Sequence record: KX523699.2
Reading direction: 5' to 3' (one strand)
DNA from: Salmonella phage IME207
DNA: 47,564 nt
Shown: positions 19,850 to 26,428 of the stretch, one piece after another
Position numbering within the stretch: the stretch's first letter is position 1
Layout of the letters: each line of letters starts with the position of its first letter
Notes under the pieces: generated by a model
What the model was told of the DNA's origin: nothing
The model's database searches: none
The model's input: only the letters and a program-made list of their open reading frames with translations
Translations under genes and position numbers: made by a program

Positions 19850-20655
19850 ATCTTCTCCAGAATTGCCATAACCTCGTGAATGTCAGCAACAGGAATCTGG
19901 ATAAATTCCTCATCCTCTGCCACCACATGACCAGCAGGAAGAATTACGTGGTCGGCTGGCTTTAATAACTCAATCAGGCGTTCTACTGGCTTAATCTTTT
20001 TCGATTTCAGCACCTTCGCCGTGACCTTATCCTTGCCTTGTGCTTTTGCTTCTTCTACTGCTTCGTCGATAACTTTTACCGCATCATCTCCATGCTCGCG
20101 CGTTACCGCTACGGCGTTGGCATAGCTGATTTGCCCGGCACTGATTCGCGCTTTTACTTCCGCTGGCACATCACCAAGCGACAGATGCATTTGCACGTCA
20201 GATACTGAGCGACCTACCTTTTTGGCGATTTCTTCATTAGTCCAGCCAAAGCCTTTTAGTCGCGTATAAGCCTTTGCGCGCTCAAAAGGGTCGAGCTGCT
20301 TACCCTGACTGGATGACACCATGAAGGCGATTTTATCCGCCTCGTCGCCAGTGAAATCCTTGCACTCAATGCGAACGATTGGTGCTCCACGTTCAATTGC
20401 ACGCAGTGCGCCGAGATATCGATGCTGACCGTCAAGAATGCGGATTCCCTTCTCGTCTGGAATAACTGTTAATGCTGGTAATGGCTGGCCTGATTCCCAG
20501 CATTGCGCGAAATATTCGACATGCTGCTCATCTGCTTCACGGATGTTGTATCCCGGCTCCAGATAGATTTGCTCAACTGGCACGAGATATGTTTTGTTAA
20601 CAGCGATGCCGTTGCGCGTTTCTTTGTCTGAATAGATTTTGCTTAGTGTTTTCAT
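19846..20655 (-). CDS. ParB-like nuclease domain protein
   Basis: ParB N-terminal domain motif ILDGQHRYLGA. HTH-like middle region. Confidence 0.7.
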   Translation of the reverse strand: MKTLSKIYSDKETRNGIAVNKTYLVPVEQIYLEPGYNIREADEQHVEYFAQCWESGQPLPALTVIPDEKGIRILDGQHRYLGALRAIERGAPIVRIECKDFTGDEADKIAFMVSSSQGKQLDPFERAKAYTRLKGFGWTNEEIAKKVGRSVSDVQMHLSLGDVPAEVKARISAGQISYANAVAVTREHGDDAVKVIDEAVEEAKAQGKDKVTAKVLKSKKIKPVERLIELLKPADHVILPAGHVVAEDEEFIQIPVADIHEVMAILEKM

Positions 20656-20658
20656 TGT

Positions 20659-20943
20659 TTATTTCTCACCACAAAATGGCAGCTCAGGAAGATACATCCA
20701 GTGCGTTATCCCCATTTCAATGTAACGCTTCGTATAAAGCTGATTGCCTTTTTCATCAAGACCAGCAGTAATGTCGTCAAAATAGTCTTGGATATGAACC
20801 ATATCAATGCCGCCTTCTGGGAATCCATTTTCATTGTATTTGCTTCCATCGACAGAACAAACAAGCACGGAGTCGTCTTTTGATTCTGGTAATTCATCGT
20901 TTACATTAATCCATTCCATTTCCATCTTCATCACCTCTAACAT
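20659..20943 (-). CDS. DUF551-family protein
   Basis: C-terminal THWMYLPELP matches the DUF551 signature. First gene of the cluster. Confidence 0.5.
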   Translation of the reverse strand: MLEVMKMEMEWINVNDELPESKDDSVLVCSVDGSKYNENGFPEGGIDMVHIQDYFDDITAGLDEKGNQLYTKRYIEMGITHWMYLPELPFCGEK

Positions 20944-21042
20944 TTATTGTTGTTTCTACATCAACAACTATAAACGCTACGCCAATCTACGTCAACAGGA
21001 ATATGCTAAAATCATGCTAATCAAACAACAGGAGATTTAAAC
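20944..21042. promoter_or_regulatory. divergent promoter region
   Basis: Palindrome TTGTTGtttctacatCAACAA at 20947-20968. On the minus strand: TTGACG, 17 nt, then TATAGT, overlapping AATCTACGTCA at 20984-20994. AGGAG RBS precedes the ATG at 21043. Confidence 0.5.
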
Positions 21043-21162
21043 ATGGGTTCAACCAATTCGCCGTCTCGCTCACGCGCTACTGGCAATACCAAAACTGGCG
21101 GCAAAACTGGCGCAGTGAAGCCAAACGGCTCTACCCGTTCACCATCGCGCGGTAAGAAATAA
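21043..21162 (+). CDS. hypothetical small basic protein (39 aa)
   Basis: AGGAG RBS. MGSTNSPSRSRATGNTKTGGKTGAVKPNGSTRSPSRGKK. TAATG coupling to the next gene. Confidence 0.35.
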   Translation: MGSTNSPSRSRATGNTKTGGKTGAVKPNGSTRSPSRGKK

Positions 21163-21602
21163 TGTTCGGCGCAGACGTTGCCATCATGATCATGTATGTG
21201 CTGGGTTTCGCCTGCACTGGCATGGTTGCGTTTCTGGTGTTCATTCCGGCAATGGTGATGTCTGTGTATCTTGGATGGGTGCTTGTTGATTCTTTTCCCG
21301 CCGAATATCTGTATTGCCTTGCGCAGTCTATGGTCTGGCTATTTCCGGCTATTGCACTTCGCAAAAGTACAAAGATGGCGCTCTGCGTGCTGACGATGAG
21401 CCTTTACGAATGGCTGGTAGCGATAGAGTCATTCGTATGGGAATTTATCACGCCTGTAGAAACGCCGCTTCATGCGCAGTACGCATTTATTATTATCGGC
21501 ATCCATCTATTCATCCTTTCCATCACTTTTAAATGGGGCGGCGAAATTGGACATTATTCTTGGCGTGGTTGCCATCGTTTTTTCGCTGATTCAAATCTAT
21601 AA
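21162..21602 (+). CDS. hypothetical polytopic membrane protein
   Basis: 146 aa with 4-5 hydrophobic helices. Confidence 0.45.
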   Translation: MFGADVAIMIMYVLGFACTGMVAFLVFIPAMVMSVYLGWVLVDSFPAEYLYCLAQSMVWLFPAIALRKSTKMALCVLTMSLYEWLVAIESFVWEFITPVETPLHAQYAFIIIGIHLFILSITFKWGGEIGHYSWRGCHRFFADSNL

Positions 21603-21634
21603 GTGCTGGAAACATATTATCAGCGAGACTCGCA

Positions 21635-21919
21635 ATGAACGAAACACTAAGACAGGCCGCAGAGCAAGTTATAAGCGGGACGACGGGGCAGGTGATTGAC
21701 AAGGCTGGATATGCCTCTATTGGTACTGGCATTGGCCTGAAAGTTGCAGAGCAAACACCTGTCACGCAGTCTTATTTTGAGGCTATGATTCCACACAGCC
21801 TGACGGAGTGGGCGGCAGTGGCGTCAATCCTCGGCGCTCTGTCTCTGGTAATAAAAAACCTGTTTGAGATGTGGTGGAAAGTCCGGGAGTCAAAAAGAAA
21901 TGACAGTACCAACACCTGA
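21635..21919 (+). CDS. hypothetical protein with C-terminal TM helix
   Basis: 94 aa. A small TM ORF at 21544-21699 (TTG start) overlaps it in another frame. Confidence 0.35.
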   Translation: MNETLRQAAEQVISGTTGQVIDKAGYASIGTGIGLKVAEQTPVTQSYFEAMIPHSLTEWAAVASILGALSLVIKNLFEMWWKVRESKRNDSTNT

Positions 21920-22292
21920 AGAACTTGTCAGTCAGATGGCATCGCGCGGGATGACTATCACCACAACAGATGCGTCTGGCATTCTGTGTCTTGTGGCGTC
22001 AATCAGTGAATGCCTTGAGCTGAACTACCCAAATGATGAATGCCGACAAAATGCGATCATGCTGTGGGCTTCCATCCTGATTAGCGCAAATACCGCAGGT
22101 CGCTACGTTACCAGTCAGAGCGCACCGTCTGGAGCATCACAATCATTCGCCTATGGCAGCAAGCCGTGGGTGGCGCTGTACAATCAGATGAAGCTACTGG
22201 ATACAGCTGGATGCACTGGCGATTTGGTGGAAGACCCTGACGGCGGTGGTAAGCCGTGGTTTGCGGTTGTGCGTGGGAGTAAGTGCAAATGA
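21900..22292 (+). CDS. putative head-tail adaptor
   Basis: 131 aa. GGAG RBS. Position is first in the head-tail joining block. Confidence 0.35.
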   Translation: MTVPTPEELVSQMASRGMTITTTDASGILCLVASISECLELNYPNDECRQNAIMLWASILISANTAGRYVTSQSAPSGASQSFAYGSKPWVALYNQMKLLDTAGCTGDLVEDPDGGGKPWFAVVRGSKCK

Positions 22293-22630
22293 CTTCGCTG
22301 GCTAACTGGAGCTATACGCAACCATGCACCATCTGGCAAAAAAGCGGAACTGACAAGTACGGCAAGCCGACTTTTGATGCGCCAGTGAGCATCATGTGCG
22401 ATTATGGCTTTAACGATGATGTATCGACTGACGCGAAAGGCAATGAGATTGTGCAGAAGAATACTTTCTGGACAGAATACACTGGCGCTAGGGTTGGTGA
22501 TTACATCATGATTGGCGCGACAACAGAAGCTGACCCGCTGGCGGCTGGTGCAAACCAGATTCTGAATGTGATTAATTATGGCAACACTTTCCAAAGAAAT
22601 GAACCTCCCGATTTCGCACTGGTGACATGA
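22283..22630 (+). CDS. putative head closure / head-tail joining protein
   Basis: 115 aa. Called from position and size. Confidence 0.4.
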   Translation: MQMTSLANWSYTQPCTIWQKSGTDKYGKPTFDAPVSIMCDYGFNDDVSTDAKGNEIVQKNTFWTEYTGARVGDYIMIGATTEADPLAAGANQILNVINYGNTFQRNEPPDFALVT

Positions 22631-23028
22631 TGCCAGCGAAATTAAGAGGTGTCCGTCAGGCTGTAGAAAGAACATCGCAGATTGTGGATGAGATAATCGC
22701 CACGAAAGCCGTGCGCGCTCTGAAATCGGCGACATACATCATCCGCACCGAATCAGCCACGTTGACGCCGATTGATACATCGACTCTGATTAACAGTCAG
22801 TTTGACACGGTGGAAGTTAGCGGAACGCGCATCACTGGCAAAATTGGCTACTCTGCAAAATATGCGCTGTACGTTCACAATGCCAGTGGCAAACTTGCAG
22901 GTAAGCCGCGCAGCAATGGTAACGGCACGTATTGGAGTCCGGGAGGAGAGGCACAATTCCTGACCAAAGCAGCGCAACGCACAAAAGACATGGTTGACGG
23001 CGTGATTAAGAAGGAGATGAAACTGTGA
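22627..23028 (+). CDS. HK97 gp10-like neck protein
   Basis: 133 aa. ATGA coupling. The call rests on size and position in the head-tail joining block; the text is not motif-verified. Confidence 0.45.
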   Translation: MMPAKLRGVRQAVERTSQIVDEIIATKAVRALKSATYIIRTESATLTPIDTSTLINSQFDTVEVSGTRITGKIGYSAKYALYVHNASGKLAGKPRSNGNGTYWSPGGEAQFLTKAAQRTKDMVDGVIKKEMKL

Positions 23029-23399
23029 ATATGCTTGAACTGGTTGATGCATATCTTCAGGATGCCGGATTGTATGATGGCTGGACTTCGCAGTTGCAGT
23101 TCTGGAATGATACCGGAGATGGTGATGATCAATTCATTGTTCTGCAAACCAATGGTGGCACGCAGGTGATGGACTCCCTCGGCGGGGATTTCTATTTCTC
23201 GTTGTATATTGTCGGCAAACATGGACAGTATAACGTGGCGGATGTTGATGCGAAGGCCAATGAGATTATCGAATACATCAAGACGCATCCGATTGATTCA
23301 TGCGTTAACTACATCCAGTTGCAAGCGCCGCTGGGTAGGCCAATGCTGACGGAAGAAAAAAGACCAGTGCATGAACTGCTATTGCGTGTTATGAAATAA
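23025..23399 (+). CDS. putative tail terminator protein
   Basis: 124 aa, last before the major tail transcription unit, followed by a terminator. Confidence 0.4.
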   Translation: MNMLELVDAYLQDAGLYDGWTSQLQFWNDTGDGDDQFIVLQTNGGTQVMDSLGGDFYFSLYIVGKHGQYNVADVDAKANEIIEYIKTHPIDSCVNYIQLQAPLGRPMLTEEKRPVHELLLRVMK

Positions 23400-23402
23400 A
23401 TA

Positions 23403-23427
23403 AAGCCGCACGAGGCGGCTTTTAATT
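23403..23427. terminator. rho-independent terminator
   Basis: AAGCCGCACGAGGCGGCTTTTAATT. Confidence 0.65.
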
Positions 23428-23601
23428 ATCTTTTTCTTTTATTGAGCTAACCACATCATCAAATGACTCGAACCTTCCGGCATAACCTCCATTGGCAAGA
23501 CTAACTACGTACCATTTGTTAATCATTGATATAGAAGCAATGCGCCTGTTGTGGTTGTCAGCGATTCTCCAGTAATCATTATGGATTTGCTGGATTGTCA
23601 T
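23422..23601 (-). CDS. hypothetical protein
   Basis: ORF 23422-23646 trimmed to the internal ATG (MTIQQIHNDYW) because the longer form overlaps tRNA-Arg. Confidence 0.3.
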   Translation of the reverse strand: MTIQQIHNDYWRIADNHNRRIASISMINKWYVVSLANGGYAGRFESFDDVVSSIKEKDN

Positions 23602-23616
23602 CGGAATTTCCCGAAC

Positions 23617-23692
23617 TGGCACACCATGCAGGACTCGAACCTGCAACCAATAGCTTAGAAGGCTACCGCTCTATCCGTTGAGCTAATGGTGT
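23617..23692 (-). tRNA. tRNA-Arg (anticodon UCU)
   Basis: Folded by hand: acceptor ACACCAT/ATGGTGT, D stem GCTC/GAGC, anticodon loop CTTCTAA, T-loop TTCGAGT. CCA is encoded. 76 nt. Confidence 0.8.
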
Positions 23693-23698
23693 TTAATG

Positions 23699-23786
23699 TG
23701 GCGGATAGTACAGGATTCGAACCTGTGAACCGTTTCCGGTTTATCGGTTAGCAACCGACTGCTTTCGGCCTCTCAGCCAACTATCC
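23699..23786 (-). tRNA. tRNA-Ser (anticodon GCU), long variable arm
   Basis: Acceptor GGATAGT/ACTATCC, anticodon loop TTGCTAA, variable arm ACCG-GAAA-CGGT, T-loop TTCGAAT. CCA is encoded. 88 nt. Confidence 0.8.
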
Positions 23787-23789
23787 GTT

Positions 23790-24247
23790 GATTTAGTGCT
23801 GGTTTAAGCATTGCCAGCGTGCTTTCTTAATATCCAGCCCCGTAACCCATACATACCCCTACATATGATTGCGATAATGCTGGATATTAAGTGTTGTGGT
23901 GGCCGGTGCTGATCTCCGGCTTGCGGTTATTTCAGACTCTCACGGGCGTTTAATTGCCCCGCCGAACAGCTCTTTTCCGCAATAGCTGCAATGTCTTTCG
24001 CGCATCAGCCTGCGCATTCATCACAACGGTAAGAGCACTGATGCGCTCACTTGGTACTCCTTATCCATAACCCACGGGCTTCTGGTACACCAATGCTCTT
24101 ACCTGTTGTGTGCCGGTTACGCGTCCGGCGTCTGTCGACCGCTAATTATTTTGACCTCTTCAAATTGAGATTTCATTCATTTTGGTCACCTTCCTTTCAG
24201 AAAGTTGAAAACTCACGCATAAATCAATTCATATCTTAAGTAGACTT
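23790..24247. other. 458-bp ORF-free structured non-coding region
   Basis: 13-bp perfect inverted repeat CTTAATATCCAGC/GCTGGATATTAAG at 23827-23839 and 23880-23892. 10-bp inverted repeat GGTAAGAGCA/TGCTCTTACC at about 24026 and 24104. The only ORF here (24051-24239) has no RBS. Confidence 0.35.
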
Positions 24248-24295
24248 TAATCTACACCACAAAATAATCACTGTCAACACCTGTGATATAATCAC
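24248..24295 (+). promoter_or_regulatory. late promoter for major tail gene
   Basis: AATCTACACCA at 24249-24259, TGTCAACACC, and extended -10 TGATATAAT at 24284-24292. Confidence 0.55.
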
Positions 24296-24328
24296 CACGT
24301 TAGCAGCTAACACAATTCGGAGATCGAA

Positions 24329-25048
24329 ATGGCTATTTGTGCAAATGATAAAGGCGTTCTGGTCGGTCGTATGACCCGACTGTTCCTTGCTGAGGGGTGC
24401 GGTGATGCAGTTCCAGAGGCGGTAGACTGGAAATATTTAGGCTCAACCACCAGTAAAGGTGTTGACTACTCGCCACAGACCACTACGTCGGAAGCGGATA
24501 CCGCTGGCGGTTTTGTTTCCACTCTCGTTACCAGCTCTGATATGACCATCAGTGCAGAGGTGGAAATCCGCAAGAATGACCCAAGCGATGAGTTTGGCTT
24601 CCATCGCCTGGTTGAGATTTACGCCACTGAACTGAAAGCGCGTCGCCAGCCTTCCTTGTGGGTGCGTCAGGTGACTGGTGCAACTATCGTTACAGCGTAC
24701 TGCAACATCACCAGCATCAGCTACGAAGGTGGCACGAACGACATTGTGACTGGCAGCCTTGAGTTCAAGGTTTACGATTCTGACAGCGTTACCGTCGAAA
24801 GCCTTGAGCCTCTGGCGTTCACCACCGACCTGCGATCAACTGGCAGCACTGGCAGTCCGTTAACTGTTGCTGTTGAAGGTGGCGTTGCTCCTTACACTTA
24901 TGTATGGCGCAAAGATGGCGTGGTTGTCGGCAGCGAATCAGGCGCATCTCTGGCAAGCCCTACCGCTGGCGTGTATACCGTCACAGTTACGGATTCATCT
25001 ACTGACCCTGAAATCATCATCAGCACGGCTTGCACCGTATCCTGGTAA
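24329..25048 (+). CDS. major tail protein with C-terminal Ig-like domain
   Basis: 239 aa. The C-terminal ~90 aa (TVAVEGGVAPYTYVWRKDGVVVG...YTVTVTDS) look Ig-like. GGAG RBS. Followed by a terminator. Confidence 0.65.
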   Translation: MAICANDKGVLVGRMTRLFLAEGCGDAVPEAVDWKYLGSTTSKGVDYSPQTTTSEADTAGGFVSTLVTSSDMTISAEVEIRKNDPSDEFGFHRLVEIYATELKARRQPSLWVRQVTGATIVTAYCNITSISYEGGTNDIVTGSLEFKVYDSDSVTVESLEPLAFTTDLRSTGSTGSPLTVAVEGGVAPYTYVWRKDGVVVGSESGASLASPTAGVYTVTVTDSSTDPEIIISTACTVSW

Positions 25049-25050
25049 AG

Positions 25051-25080
25051 AAAAAGCCCCGAAAGGGGCTTTGTTTTATT
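25051..25080. terminator. bidirectional rho-independent terminator
   Basis: AAAAAGCCCCGAAAGGGGCTTTGTTTTATT. Confidence 0.75.
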
Positions 25081-25276
25081 CTTGCGGTGGTTCTGGTAGT
25101 GGCATCCAGTGAGTCACGTACTTACCATAGTGATTCCAGAATGGCTTTCTCCCGTCATCAGGAACGATGTAATAATCATGCTGAACTGCGTTATTCAACG
25201 TTTCATACACCAGGAACTCCTTATCCGTACACCCATTTCCAGGTAGCATCTCACTACACTTAATCCACTTACTCAT
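25076..25276 (-). CDS. DUF551-family protein (second copy)
   Basis: C-terminal THWMPLPEPP. Confidence 0.5.
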   Translation of the reverse strand: MSKWIKCSEMLPGNGCTDKEFLVYETLNNAVQHDYYIVPDDGRKPFWNHYGKYVTHWMPLPEPPQE

Positions 25277-25416
25277 ATCACCTTATCCTCATCAAAAATA
25301 ACACCAATCACACGAAGCAAGTCTTTCGCCATGCGCTCCGCTTCTTCATAGTCGCAACCTGCATCAACATACAATTCGGTGTAGAAAATCAGGTCAGCTT
25401 TTGTTTGTTCGTTCAT
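25273..25416 (-). CDS. hypothetical small acidic protein (47 aa)
   Basis: Hand-translated MNEQTKADLIFYTELYVDAGCDYEEAERMAK.... ATGA coupling on both sides. Confidence 0.25.
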   Translation of the reverse strand: MNEQTKADLIFYTELYVDAGCDYEEAERMAKDLLRVIGVIFDEDKVI

Positions 25417-25619
25417 TTATTATCATCGCTCTTAACTAATGCCCAAACAAGCGCCGCAACCCAGCCAATAAAACTCCATCCAACGAGAATATTCAGCACG
25501 CAGATTGCAGTCGTGTTTACGTGCTTGCGTTGCAGAGCCACAAAAGATGGCAGAAGGTACGCAAATATCACCAAACCAACAAAAAACAACAAAATAACAA
25601 CATCCATAACTAACCTCAT
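25413..25619 (-). CDS. superinfection-immunity-like small membrane protein (Imm_superinfect type)
   Basis: YLLPSFVALQRKHVNTTAICVLNILVGWSFIGWVAALVWAL matches the PF14373-type pattern LLGWtGIGWiiAliWAl. Confidence 0.5.
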   Translation of the reverse strand: MRLVMDVVILLFFVGLVIFAYLLPSFVALQRKHVNTTAICVLNILVGWSFIGWVAALVWALVKSDDNK

Positions 25620-25640
25620 TCATATCTCGTTTCGATGACT

Positions 25641-25700
25641 TGAATCTACATCACCGCCTCACAGGTGTCAACACCACTGAGATGATATAATCAACATCAG
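25641..25700 (+). promoter_or_regulatory. late promoter for tail chaperone / tape measure operon
   Basis: AATCTACATCA at 25643-25653, TGTCAACACC, and extended -10 TGATATAAT at 25683-25691. Same architecture as the promoter at 24248. Confidence 0.55.
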
Positions 25701-25720
25701 TCAAATTCAGGATGCAAAAC

Positions 25721-26428
25721 ATGAGCAATCGCACGCCACTAACAGAAATCGGGGAGATGCGCATCTCGCTTTCTGACAGGAGTTTTTTCTTTAAGCCATC
25801 ATTTCGTGCCATGAATGAAATCGGCACACCAAAAGAAATCGTCGAGGTGTACGCTAAGCTAAATGGCATTGATTATGTTGCACCGTTGCAGCACGTCGAA
25901 TACCTGCCATTTGGCGCTCAGATGCAGGTCATGAAAACCATCAGTAAACCTGTGTATGGTCGGCACGTACTGAGTGCTGCCTATATCGTCATGCAGTCAT
26001 GCTGTGAAGATGATATTTCTGTTCTGATTGGTGGATGGAAGCCAACACCGCGCGGCGTGCGATACGTTCCCGGTATCATGCCAGTGAACGACATTATTAT
26101 TATTGCGCGCAACTTGATGCAGCACGGCATCATTGGCAAATCCCCACTCAAAGTGCCTGAACGTCTGGAAGAGCAGGGCAAGAAAACCACAAACGAGTTT
26201 CATGCGTCGCAATACATCATCTCAGCACGCACGCATTTCGACATGACGCGTGAAGAAGCTGAAAACCTGTCCATGACAGAGTTTCAGATGATGATTAAGA
26301 ATAAATATCCAGAGCCGAAAGGCTTAACGAAAGAAGAGCGAGCGGCAGAGTACGATCAGGCTAAAGCAGACCGTGAGCGCATGAAGGCACTGGCTGAACG
26401 CAAAGCGAAAAAAGCGAGGAATACATAA
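25721..26428 (+). CDS. tail assembly chaperone (G/GT-like, single ORF)
   Basis: Lies between the major tail and tape-measure genes. Basic/acidic C-terminus. No alternative-frame extension was detected. Confidence 0.45.
   Translation: MSNRTPLTEIGEMRISLSDRSFFFKPSFRAMNEIGTPKEIVEVYAKLNGIDYVAPLQHVEYLPFGAQMQVMKTISKPVYGRHVLSAAYIVMQSCCEDDISVLIGGWKPTPRGVRYVPGIMPVNDIIIIARNLMQHGIIGKSPLKVPERLEEQGKKTTNEFHASQYIISARTHFDMTREEAENLSMTEFQMMIKNKYPEPKGLTKEERAAEYDQAKADRERMKALAERKAKKARNT

Noticed and set aside
22184-22735. 183-aa minus-strand ORF overlapping the head-tail joining genes
   Set aside because: Antisense to three coupled plus-strand genes, with no start context. Rejected as spurious.
24051-24239. 62-aa plus-strand ORF in the long non-coding region upstream of the major tail gene
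   Set aside because: No RBS and an odd composition. The region is better explained as structured non-coding DNA.
26409-26415. AAAAAAG tract near the end of the tail chaperone as a -1 frameshift site
   Set aside because: The tract is out of register for X XXY YYZ. A -1 shift yields a stop after 7 codons and does not read into the tape measure frame.
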